Assembly (NCBI GenBank): GCA_963575745.1
Contig: CAUYUJ010000150.1
Coordinates: 1 to 64,000, forward strand
Length of the DNA stretch: 64,000 nucleotides
From: Prorocentrum cordatum
Lineage: Eukaryota
Direction: 5' to 3'
Shown: positions 51,283-62,528 of the stretch, piece by piece
Numbering within the stretch: the first letter of the stretch is position 1
How the letters are laid out: each line of letters starts with the position of its first letter
Position numbers and translations under genes: made by a program
The notes under the pieces: generated by a model
The model's input: the letters and a program-made list of their open reading frames with translations, nothing else
What the model was told of the DNA's origin: nothing
Databases searched by the model: none

Positions 51283-51448
51283 TTGCTGTTTTCGAGGGAT
51301 CGTGGCCTCGGGAGGGTGGGGGGAAGGGCATGCAGAAGTCCGCGAGCGGAGGGGGGAGGGGCCCCCTTCATTCAAAGACAGTAAAACTGCCAGACAGCAC
51401 TTGGCACCCCACCGCGCCTCAACGTGCCAGTGGGCACGGTGGCGGATC

Positions 51449-51919
51449 TCCAACCTGACCGCCGTCAACAGGTTCCTGCAGCGACGCGGCCCTGATTCCA
51501 CGCAGGTTGTACAGCATGGCCGCTTCACTTTTGTTCACAATTTGTTGCACATGACTGGGGAGCGTATTGCACAGCCGTTCGTTGACGGGGACGTGGTTGC
51601 ATTGTACAATGGCGAGATCTACAATTCACAGCTTGTGCCAGCGGGGTATCCAGGGAGGCATCGTTACCGTTCGGATGGAGAATGTCTCATACCGTGCTAC
51701 AACAAACTCGGTTCGAGCTTTCCGAAGGTCCTGGACGGCGAGTTTGCTTTGGTGCTAATCGATTTCTCCAAGAGCATCATTATCATGGCAACCGATGTCT
51801 TTTCGACGAAACCGCTGTGGTATTCTCTGCACGAAGGTTTCCACGCTGCCTCCTACCAGTCAGCCCTGCTTGGACTGGGCCTTCCACCCGGATCGGTCAA
51901 GATGGCCGACCCCAACCAG
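51449..51919 (+). CDS. AsnB-like gene, coding segment 2 (GATase II domain)
   Basis: RRGPD, HNLLHMTG, QPF, YNGEIYN, SDGE, LDGEFA, DVFSTKPLWY. Ends at AG|GC donor (51920). Confidence 0.9.
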
Positions 51920-52413
51920 GCGTTGAGAGGGTACAGTCAAAGGTAGTCGCAATGACGATTGACCTTGGTAAGGTACCCTTGCACTCTCATCCTCCTGTTC
52001 CCCTCTCTTCTCAGATCCCCCTCCTCGTCATGAGAGGGGTTGTACGTGCGGACGTCTTACCAAGGTGCATCGTACCCCTGTGCGCTCCATCGCTGGCGAA
52101 CCTGACAGCAGTGAAGGATGGCTTCGCATGCATTCGGCATACGTTCTCGCCCCCTCGTGACGGGCAGCTTCCTTTTCCCAGGCGCCCGCAGGCACCTCCC
52201 AAGTATTCCCGAGGAGGAGGAGGAGGAGGAGCCCGCTCGGCGTCTGAGTCGACCCAGGCCGCCGAGAGGGCTCGACCCCCGAAAATGCGCGCCCGACGGC
52301 CGAGGAGGGCACCTGGCACTGGGCGGTGTCGGCGCCTGCTTTCACGGCGTGTCGCAGCCTCGTGCGTCTCAAGATCGGCGGGTCTGCAGGGTTCGGTACG
52401 ATCGAATTGGGTA

Positions 52414-52598
52414 CGGTAGGTTCGCGTCGTGTCGACTGGCGGCGACCCCGCCGCGGGCGTTCAAGGTTGAACGCCGCCAGTGGCCCAGAATCGGCCTGCA
52501 TGGAACGATCGGGCGATCGGAAAGCCGATCGTTCAAGGTTGAACGATCGACGCGGTGTCAGAAACCAACGCCAGGGTCGACACGACACGAACCTGCCG
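52414..52598. mobile_element. MITE family M1 nested in an M2-like element inside the AsnB intron
   Basis: TIRs CGGTAGGTTCGCGTCGTGTCGAC / GTCGACACGACACGAACCTGCCG. Confidence 0.8.
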
Positions 52599-52814
52599 TG
52601 CGGAAAGAGTGGGTACGAAGGCCGACGGCACTTTTTGTTCATTTTGAGCAGGACTCACTGTCGGTGTCGCCGCGGACGACGTCCGATCGAGACAGAAGGT
52701 CATTTGTTGCTGGGCATCGTACCCAGTTTTTCCGTACCCGTTCCGGGCGTCCAAAAGGGTGTTCTCGATGTTTCTTTGAGCGAGCGCCACTTCTGCCTCT
52801 CACCCTCCTCCGAG

Positions 52815-53344
52815 GTGCTGGTGCTCCAGCTGGAGGGTTCCTCGGCCACGCCCGTCGCGCGGCAAACCCTGCACGAGTTCGATCTGCGGCAGTTCAAGTC
52901 GTCCACTGCAGACTGGCAGCGGGCGTTCCGACGGGCGGTGTGGAAGAGGGTCGCGGGCTCCAACCACCCTGCGTTCGTGGGGCTGAGCAGCGGCTACGAC
53001 TCGGGGGCGCTCCACTTGGCCCTGGAGCTCGAAGCGCCGGCGCACTCGGTCGGCTACTTCACGATCGGCGCCGAGGAGTCGGCCTTCCTGGTGGACGAGC
53101 GCATCAAAGCGTTCAATAAATCCGTCTCACGAGCCTGGTGGGTTGAGATGTCTTTGCCGGAATTCCAGGCGGAGAAGGAGTGGTTGATGGAGAACGCCGA
53201 GCCCTTCCAGTACGGCAAGAGCAACTGGGCTGGAGAGTACGTGTACGAGGACGGTGCGGCCATCGGCTTGTCGGCCATCTTCAGGCGCTGCCGCCGTGCA
53301 GGCATGCTGGTCTACCTCTCTGGCGCCGGGGCCGACGAGATTAT
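52815..53344 (+). CDS. AsnB-like gene, coding segment 3 (synthetase domain, PP-loop)
   Basis: Pyrimidine-rich AG acceptor at 52813-52814; AVWKR, GLSSGYDSG, VYLSGAGADEI. Confidence 0.9.
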
Positions 53345-54748
53345 CCGGGTGCCTGCGACGAGTCCGCCACCGCGCCAGCGAAGCATTCCGTTTGGCGACC
53401 CTTCGATCCCCGACCAGGAGGCCGTCACGCGTGACACCTCGCGTCCCCACATCTCACGGGGGCTGTCCTGGGGCTGTCCTGGGGCTGTCTCGGGGTCCCA
53501 CGTGGCAGTCTTGGGACCATCTTGGGGCCCAGATGAGCCGTCTCAGGGGTCCTCTTGGCCGTCTTGGGGGTCCCTGGGGGCCGTCGCGGGGCATTATTTG
53601 TGCGTTATTGGGCTTTCTGGAGCCGTCTTGGTCCCCTCTAGGGGCCATCTTGGGCCAACGTCCTGAGGGTCCTCTTCGGGCTCTGAGTGGGCCCATTCGG
53701 CGTGAGAAGACCCCAAGTGGACCGATCTTCGACCGAATTGCGTGGACAGCGAGACACGGTTGAAACTCCTACTGGGAATCACTCTGTTTGGCCTCCTGAG
53801 GGGCCTCCTGGACAGCCTCTCGTCGGTATCTCGGAGCCTGTTGGAGGCCTCGTGGGGCCTACTAGGGCGGTTCTTGGTGGTTTTTCTGTGCGTCTTGATG
53901 CTACACGCCGGTCGCTAAAAGTATGTATTTTTGGGTTCTCGGATCCCAATCTACTACAAGCGCCTTCCTACTTCAAGAATCGACACGCTTTTGCTGTGTT
54001 TTGTTATTCCCTGGGGGGGGCCTGGACCCAATCAACTTAATCCGCCTTCCTACTTCATGTTTTCACCTACTTCTTCCGACCGACGTGTATCATGGGCCAC
54101 CATGGTGACCTTCGTGGCCTTCCTTGGCCGTCCTCGAAGCCGTGGAGAGAGCTCTGGAGAGCCCCAGAGGAGGCGGCAGAGCGGCCCCAGGAGCACACTC
54201 GGAAGGGCGTGCGGTGCTCACGCGCGAGCGTGCCGAGGGGGGTGGGTGGGACCCGCTGGAAAGACTTACGGCAGCCCTGCCAGACAGCACGGGCGCCCTC
54301 GAGGGCGCGAAGTGATTCGCGCTTCGCGGTTCGGCTCCGATTCCTCCTCATCCTCCCCTTCTCCCTTGGGAGGCGGCGCGAGAGCGCGAAGTTATTCGCA
54401 CTTCGCGCTTCGCGCAGCGCGAAGCGCGAAGTGGCTTACATCAAGCAGTGGCGAAGCGTCCTGGCTCGCCTGTAGCCCTGCCAAACAATGTTCTAAGAAC
54501 CTCTTGTGGTTTCCACGAGATGTTCTTAGAGGCTCTCTGGTTGATATTGTCTTGTTTATCACATCGGGCTTATGTTCCAAGAACATTGTTTTGTTCTTAG
54601 AAGAACATCTTGGGGTTCTAAGAACAGTTTGGAGTACGACTATGGGAATGCCGGGACGGTCGTTCCCTGCTCAATTACAGCAAGCAGCCCTACCAGACAG
54701 CATTTGGCATTTTGCCACGCCTCAGCGTGCCAGGGGGGACGATGGTAG
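53345..54748. mobile_element. Insert 3 in the AsnB-like gene (AT-flanked family)
   Basis: Starts CCGGGTGCCTGCGACGAGTCCGCCACCG and ends CCAGACAGCATTTGGC...CGTGCCAGGGGGGACGATGGTAG; AT on both sides. Confidence 0.7.
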
Positions 54749-54750
54749 AT

Positions 54751-55381
54751 ATCAGATTACGGCTTCCGCGGGGAGAAGCTCTTCCCTCACAGCTCGTTCG
54801 GTGGGAAGTTTCCGGATGACCTGGCTTCGCTCTTCCCGTGGCAGTCCGTTTTCTTGGGCACGCAGCGGGATTATCTCATGAAAGAGGAAGTGGTAGCCGG
54901 CGGACATGGGCTCGAGGCGCGCTACCCTTTTTTGGATCGCTCTGTGGTGCAGGAGTTCCTGTGGCTCTCCGCAGAGGCGAAGAACGAGCTGTACAAGAGG
55001 CCAGTCCATGACTTCTTGACGCAGGCGTGCTACCCGTTCGCAGAGGGCAAGAAGGAGGGGTTCGCTGCGAGCCACAACCTGAAGCCGTCTGGGCCCACCC
55101 AGATGTCGGTGTCCTTCGATGCCATGGCGGAGCCCTGGGCTGCAGCGCCACCGGCGCCGACGCTCGTCGAGGCCGCAGGCAGCGCAGGTTCCCTCGACGG
55201 CGCATGCGAGGGCGATGCCTGGCGCTCTGCGCGGTCGCGGCTGGTGACCTTCCTGCTGATGCCAGAGAGCAAGGCCGCAGCCGTGCAGGGCCTGGCGGCC
55301 GCTCTGCTCGACGCGCTGCAGCACGGCCTTCGGGCGGCGCCCGGCTGCGACCTCGGCCAGCTCTGCATGCACCTCTTCTCG
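54751..55381 (+). CDS. AsnB-like gene, coding segment 4
   Basis: SDYGFRG, FPDDL, YLMKEE, HGLEARYPFLD, KKEGF, then a C-terminal extension. Confidence 0.9.
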
Positions 55382-55561
55382 GGGGCGGCCAAGAGGGGGG
55401 CGATGACTAGGGGTGGGGGGATATCAGGGCGTGGGCCATGATATTCCCTCAGATTTCACGGCGCCTCAGGTCCCTGGCGCCCGCTCCTGGGCCGCGCACT
55501 TGCCGCCGGCCATGACTTGCGCCCCTCCCTCCCTCTTGGACGCGCCCCTCTTCGCCGCCCC
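55382..55561. mobile_element. Insert 4: 180-bp element with ~21-bp TIRs flanked by CG
   Basis: GGGGCGGCCAAGAGGGGGGCG versus CGCGCCCCTCTTCGCCGCCCC (2 mismatches). Confidence 0.75.
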
Positions 55562-55563
55562 CG

Positions 55564-55767
55564 ATCTTCCTGCTGCTGCTGTCGCCGCCGGAGGCCCGGG
55601 AGGCCCCCCTGCGCGACGGCAGGTGGGCGCCGCTGGCGGCGCTGCCGTGGGTCGCCGCGTCGCGCTCGGGGTGGCCAGTGTTCGCGCTGCTGAGGCGCCT
55701 GGCCGCGCAGTCGACGGGGGGGGCCCCCGCGGCCGCGCTGCCGCACGCGGCGGTCGCGCGGCTCAGC
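55564..55767 (+). CDS. AsnB-like gene, coding segment 5 (C-terminal extension)
   Basis: IFLLLLSPP...LPWVAASRSGWPVFALLRRL...VARLS; in frame with both neighbours after insert removal. Confidence 0.6.
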
Positions 55768-56126
55768 TAGAAGGCCACACGCGAACCCTGCCCCGCCACC
55801 CTACGATTCTAGGGGAGCGAAAAGTGACATAACACATAACAACTCGGAGGTCCGCGCGGATTTCTCGGATCGGCGCTGGGGCCCCCCGGCGGCGCCTCCG
55901 GCGCCGCCCCTGGCGCGCTTCGCGCGCCAGGGAGGGGGGTCCAGCGCCGATCCGACAAATCCGCGCGGACCTCCGAGTTTTAATGTTTTTGTCACTTTTC
56001 GGTTCCCTAGATTCCCAGGGTGGGAGGTGGGGTTCGCTTCGCTCGGGCCCTCCCGAGCAAAGCGAACCCCACGGACCCCCTTTAAAGTTGTGGGGTGGTG
56101 GGGCGGGGCCCGCCTGTGGCCTCCTA
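55768..56126. mobile_element. Insert 5: 359-bp element with ~37-bp TIRs (TAG...CTA), 5-bp TSD TCAGC and an internal long hairpin
   Basis: TAGAAGGCCACACGCGAACCCTGCCCCGCCACCC versus the reverse complement of GGGTGGTGGGGCGGGGCCCGCCTGTGGCCTCCTA; TCAGC at 55763-55767 and 56127-56131. Confidence 0.8.
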
Positions 56127-56131
56127 TCAGC

Positions 56132-56380
56132 GGCTGCGGCGGGCACGTGGTCGGGGAGGAGGAGCTCGACGTGCCGCTCGCCGCGCTGGCGGCCAGCGCG
56201 AACGCGGCCGCCGCGGCGGCGGCGCAGGGCCCGTTCGCGGAGTTCTGGTCGCGCCGGCCGCTGGGGGAGGTGCTGGCCAGCGCCCGCATGTGCGAGGCGT
56301 TTGCCGTGCTGGAAGTCCTCAGCGAGGAGCACTACCGAGTGAACCTCGCAGACGCCTGGCAGCTCCTGGAATTCAAATGA
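56132..56380 (+). CDS. AsnB-like gene, coding segment 6 (last; stop TGA)
   Basis: GCGGHVVGEEELD...NLADAWQLLEFK*; GC3-rich codons. Confidence 0.6.
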   Translation, partial: GCGGHVVGEEELDVPLAALAASANAAAAAAAQGPFAEFWSRRPLGEVLASARMCEAFAVLEVLSEEHYRVNLADAWQLLEFK

Positions 56381-57571
56381 TCCTCCTCATCCCGCTGGTG
56401 CCCTGCTCTCCCTCCGCCCGTTGTCCTCTTTTTGGGCATCCTGGGATGCCCTCGTCGCTACCGCTGGATTCGCCTTGAACTCCTGGTCAGAACGCACCCT
56501 GGTAGACGTCCGGAGAGTAGCGGTATCAGTGCATTTTGGTTGCCCCAGTTTCTCCTGCTGCTGCTCCTCCGTTTCTCGTGCCTGGTGGTTCCTCCCCCTC
56601 ATCTCTCCTTTCTCATTCTCCCTCCTATTATCCTCCCTTCTCCTTCCTTCCGCCTCCCTCGGCCTCCCTCCTCCTCTTCCTCCTCCTCCTCCTCCTCCTC
56701 CTCCTCCTCCTCCTCCTCCTCCTCCTCCTCCTCCCCCCCTCCCTCCTCCTCCTCTTCCCTCAGCCTCCTCCTCCCTCCTCCCCCTTCTCCCTGCTCCTCC
56801 TCCTCCTTCTTCTCCCTCAGTCCCTCCTCCATCCCTTTCTTGTCCCGCTCCTGCCCCTGACGCTAATCATCACACTGTTGACTTCTCATTTCTGTATTTA
56901 TTGTTGGCCCCCCTGCCTGGTGCACATTGCATTTGTACGATCAAGTTGCTCCTCCCCGGGGTCGTGCCCGGTTCTTTTTATCAGGGAAATCTTCCTCCTC
57001 AAGCCGCGCTGCTGGGCGCCGAACTCTAACAGCAATGCTCCCCCGCAGTGTACTCCAGAATCGCGCTCTCGCGTGGCACCTCCTCGCAGTGTGCTGCTGC
57101 GCCGTGCCCCCCAAACACTCTGGAATCGCGCGCTCGTTGTGGATGTCCTCGCGCTCTGCCTGGGAGTCGCGCTCCCGCTCGGACCCGTCCCTGCGGCTCG
57201 TGCAGGACCCGACGCTGCAGCGACCCGCCCGCTCGACCCGGCCGCCGGCGGCCCGCCCGCCAGAGTTGCCCGCGTGCGGGGCCGCCCGCCCGGCTCGCCC
57301 GTCTGGTTCGTCCGCTCGTGCTCTCGTCGTCGTCGTCGTCGGAGGAGGAGGAGGGGGAGGAGGAGGAGGAGGAGGAGAAGGAGGAGGAGGAGTGCTCCAT
57401 CCTTCTCCCTCCCCCATGTCTCTTCCCTCCCTCCCCCTCTGCCTCTGCTTCAAAGGCTGCGCCAGCCACAAGCGGCAGGCAGGGAAGACGTGCCCCCAAG
57501 GCGGGCATCGAAGGTTTGGGATGTACGTTTTGAACTGCACGCGAGCAGATAAGAATGAACAGTCCTAAACT

Positions 57572-57766
57572 GATTGTTGTTGGTGTTGTTGTTGATGGTA
57601 TTGTTGTTGGTGGTGTTGTTGTTGCTGTTGTTGTTGTGGTGATGGTGGTGGTTGTTGCTGCTGCGGCTGTTGTTATTGTTGATGGTGTTGTTGTTGTCGT
57701 TGTTGTTGCTGCTGTTGTTGTTGTCGGTGTTGTTGTTGCTGTTGCTGTTGTTGCTGCTGCTGCTGC

Positions 57767-57802
<36 letters not shown>

Positions 57803-57838
57803 CGTTGTTGTTGCTGTTGTCGTTGTTGGTGGTGGTGA

Positions 57839-57887
<49 letters not shown>

Positions 57888-57908
57888 GGTGTTGGTGTTG
57901 TTGTTGTT

Positions 57909-57959
<51 letters not shown>

Positions 57960-57967
57960 GGTGGTGG

Positions 57968-58022
<55 letters not shown>
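57572..58022. repeat. (TTG)n/(TGG)n microsatellite
   Basis: Direct reading. Confidence 0.95.
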
Positions 58023-58124
58023 CGTAAGGACGTTACCTGGGGGCCCCGGGGGGGGGAGGGAAACAGGAAACGGGAAACGTGGATTCCCTGCGGGGCCCCA
58101 CGTTTCCCGTTTCCCGTTCGGGTT

Positions 58125-61100
58125 CGGTGGGGCTCCCTGTGGGGCCAGAGCCACGACCCTCGAGAGGTGTGTGCCGACATGAAGCCTCGGTGGGGCTCCT
58201 TGTGGGGCCAGGGCCACGATCCTCGAGAGGGGTGTGCCGAAATGAGGGCTCGGTGGGGCTCCCCGTGGGGCCAGGGCCACGATCCTCGAGAGGGGTGTGC
58301 CGAAATGAAGCCTCGGTGGGGCCCCCTGTGGGGCCAGGGCCACGATCCTCGAGAGGGGTGTGCCGAAATGAAGGCTCGGTGGGACTCCCTGTGGGGCCAA
58401 GGCAACGATTCTCGAGAGGGGGATGCCTCGGTGGAGCTCCTTGTGTTGCCAGGGCCACGATCTTCGGGAGGGGTATGCCGAAATGAAGCCTCGGTGGGGC
58501 TCCCTGTGGGGCGAGAGCCACGATCCTCGAGAGGGGTGTGCCGAAATGAAGCCTCGGTTAGGCTCCCTGTGGGGCCAGGGCCACGATCCTTGAGAGGGGT
58601 GTGCCGAAATGATGCCTCGGTGGAGCTCCCTGTGGGGCCATGGCCACGATCGTTGAGAGGGGTGTGCCGAAATGACGAATCGGTGGCGCTTCCTGTTGGG
58701 CCAGGGCCACGATCTCCGAGAGGGGTGTGCCGAAATGAAGCCTCGGTGGAGCTCCTTGTGGAGCCAGGGTCACGATCCTCGAGGGAGGGAGGCCTCGGTG
58801 GAGCTCCCTGTGGGGCCAGGGCCACGATCCTCGAGAGGGGTGTGCCGAAATGAGGGTTCGGTGGAGCTCCCTGTGGTGGCCAGGGCCACGATCCTCGAGA
58901 GATGTATGCAGAACTGAGGCCTTGGTGGGGCTCCCTGTGAGGCCAGGGCCACGATCCTTGAGAGGGGTGTGCCGAAATGAGGGTTCGGTGGAGCTCCCTG
59001 TGGTGGCCAGGGCCACGATTCTCGAGAGATGTATGCAGAACTGAGGCCTTGGTGGGGCTCCCTGTGAGGCCAGGGCCGCGATCCTAGAGAGGGGCGTGCC
59101 GAAATGAGGCATCGGTGGAGCTCCCTGTTGGGCCAGGGCCACGATCCTCTATATGGGTGTGCCGAAATGAAGCCTCGGTGGGGCTCCCTGTGGGGCCAGG
59201 GCCACGATCGTTGAGAGGGGTGTGCCGAAATGAAGCCTCGGTGGGGCTCCTTGTGGGGCCAGGGCCACGATCCTCGAGAGGGGTGTGCCGAAATAACGGC
59301 TCGGTGGGACTCCCTGTTTGGCCAGGGCTACGATCCTCGAGAGAGGGGTGTGCCAAAATGAGGCCTCGGTGGAGCTCCTTGTATTGCCAGGGCCACGATC
59401 CTTGAGAGAGGGATGCATCGGTGGAGCTCCTTGTGGGGCCAGGGACACGATCCTCGAGAGAGGTGTGCCGAAATGCAGCCTCGGTGGGGCTTCCTGCGGG
59501 GCCAGGGCCACGATTCTCGAGAGGGGTGTGCCGAAATGAAGCATCGGTGGGGCTCCCTGTGGTGGCCAGGGCAACGATCCTCTATATGGGTGTGCCGAAC
59601 TGAAGCCTCGGTGGGGCTCCCTGTGGAGCCAGGGCCACGATCCTCTAGATGGGTGTGCCGAACTGAAGCCTCGGTGGGGCTCCCTGTGCGGCCAGGGCCA
59701 CGATCCTCGAGAGGGGTGTGCCGAAATGAAGCCTCGGTGGGGCTCCCTGTGTGGCCAGGGCAACGATCCTCGATAGGGGTGTGCCGAAATGAAGCCTCGG
59801 TGGGGCTCCCTGTGCGGCCAGGGCAACGATCCCTGAGAGGGGTGTGCCGAAATGATGTCTCGGTGGAGCTCCTGTAGGGCCAGAGCAACGATCCTCGAGA
59901 GAGGGAGGCCTCGGTGGAGCTCCTTGTGGGGCCAGGGCCACGATCTTTGAGAGGGGTGTGCCGAAATGAGGGTTCGGTGGAGCTCCCTGTGGAGCCAGGG
60001 CCACGATCCTCTAGAGGGGTGTGCCGAAATGAAGGCTCGGTTTGGCTTCCGGTGAGGCCAGGGCCACGATCCTCGAGAGGGGTGTGCCGAAATGAAGCCT
60101 CGGTGGGGCTCCCGGTGGGGCCAGGGCCACGATCCTCGAGAGAGGGAGGCCTCCGTGGAGCTCCCTGTGGGGACAGGGCCACGATCTTTGAGAGGGGCGT
60201 GCCGAAATGATGGTTCGGTGGAGCTCCCTGTGGGGGCCAGGGCCACGATCCTCGAGAGAGGTGTGCCGAAATGATGCCTCGGTGGGGCTCCCCGTGGGGC
60301 CAGGGCCACGATCCTCGAGAGGAGTGTGCCGAAATAAAGCCTCGGTGGGGTTCCCTGTGGGGCCAGGGCCACGATCCTCGAGAGGGGTGTGCCGAAATGA
60401 AGCCTCGGTGGGGCCCCCTGTGGGGCCAGGGCCACGATCCTTGAGAAGAGTGTGCCGAAATGAAGCCTCGGTGGGGTTCCCTGTGGGGCCAGGGCCACGA
60501 TCCTCGAGAGGGGTGTGCCGAAATGAAGCCTCGGTGGGGCTCCCTGTGGGGCCAGGGACACGATCCTCGAGAGAGGTGTGCCGAAATGCAGCCTCGGTGG
60601 GGCTTCCTGCGGGGCCAGGGCCACGATTCTCGAGAGGGGTGTGCCGAAATGAAGCATCGGTGGGGCTCCCTGTGGTGGCCAGGGCAACGATCCTCGAGAT
60701 GGGTGTGCCGAAATGAAGCCTCGGTGGGGCTCCCTGTGCGGCCAGGGCCACGATCCTCGAGAGGGGTGTGCCGAAATGAAGCCTCGGTGGGGCTCCTTGT
60801 GGGGCCAGGGCCACGATCCTCGAGAGGGGTGTGCCGAAACGAAGCCTCGGTGGGACTCCCTGTGGGGCCAGGGCAACGATCTCCGAGAGGGGTGTGCCGA
60901 AATGAAGCTTCGGTGGGGCTCCCTGCGGGGCCAGGGCCGCGATCCTACAGAGAGGTGTGCCGAAATGAAGCCTCGGTGGGGCTTCCTGCGGGGCCAGGGC
61001 CACGATCCTCGAGAGGGGTGTGCCGCAATGAAGCCTCGGTGGAGCTCCCTGCGGGGGCCAGGGCCACGATCCTCGAAAGGGGTGTGCCGAAATGATGGTT

Positions 61101-61320
61101 CGGTGGAGCTCCTTGTGGGGCCAGGGCAACGATCCTCGAGAGGGGTGTGCCGAAATGAAGCCTCGGTGGAGCTCCTTGTGGGGCCAGGGCCACGATCCTC
61201 GAGAGAGGGGCGCCGAAATGATGTTTCGGTGCAGCCCCCTGCGGGGGCCAGGGCCGCGATCCTTGAGAGGGGTGTGCCGAAATGAGGCCTCGGTGGGGCT
61301 CCCTGTGGTGCCAGGGCTCC
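58125..61320 (+). repeat. 63-bp satellite, ~50 units
   Basis: Unit CCTCGGTGGGGCTCCCTGTGGGGCCAGGGCCACGATCCTCGAGAGGGGTGTGCCGAAATGAAG; period 63 (58185, 58248); occasional ~51-bp deletion variants. Confidence 0.97.
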
Positions 61321-61329
61321 CTGTGTGCC

Positions 61330-61765
<436 letters not shown>

Positions 61766-61767
61766 GC

Positions 61768-61943
61768 CCTATGGATGCCCTAGGGTTCCCTATGGATTCC
61801 CTAGGGTTCCCTATGGATTCCGTAGGGTTCCCTATGGATGCCCTAGGGTTCCCTATGGATTCCCTAGGGTTCTCTATGGATTCCCCAGGGTTCCCTATAG
61901 ATTCCTTAGGATTCCCTATGGATTCCCTAGGGTTCCCTATGGT
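61768..61943 (+). repeat. 21-bp minisatellite (~8 units)
   Basis: CCTATGGATTCCCTAGGGTTC repeated. Confidence 0.92.
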
Positions 61944-62175
61944 TGCTGGAGCCTCGCTGGTGCTCCCTCGCGTTTGCGTGGTCGACTCCAGGGCGGAGGT
62001 GGAATGGGCGGACTGGAGTCCGTATTCGTAGGTATTATGAAGCCGGAGGGGTTTCCCGTTTCCTGTTTCCCGTTTCCCGCCGCCCCCCCCCCCCCCCATG
62101 GGGCCTCCAGCTAAGGTCCGTACAAGAGGGTAGGGACAGCAAGGTAGAATGGGGCCTCCAGGTAACGTCCTTACC

Positions 62176-62500
<325 letters not shown>

Positions 62501-62528
62501 CTCATTCTTAAAGAATAATTGTTGTTGA

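Larger units (their letters stand above)
46685..51445. mobile_element. Insert 1 in the AsnB-like gene (AT-flanked family, filled with nested repeats)
   Basis: Starts CCAGCTGCCTGCGGCAGGTTCCGCCACCG and ends CCAGACAGCACTTGGC...CGTGCCAGTGGGCACGGTGGCGG. Both ends are homologous to insert 3. Confidence 0.7.

Noticed and set aside
58125..61320. Long ORFs in the 63-bp array, or a CRISPR array
   Set aside because: The period is a multiple of 3 and stop-poor, so the ORFs are artefacts; there are no unique spacers
61768..61943. CCCTAGGG-containing array as a telomeric repeat
   Set aside because: The unit is 21 bp, not TTTAGGG/TTAGGG, and it is internal to a TIR element
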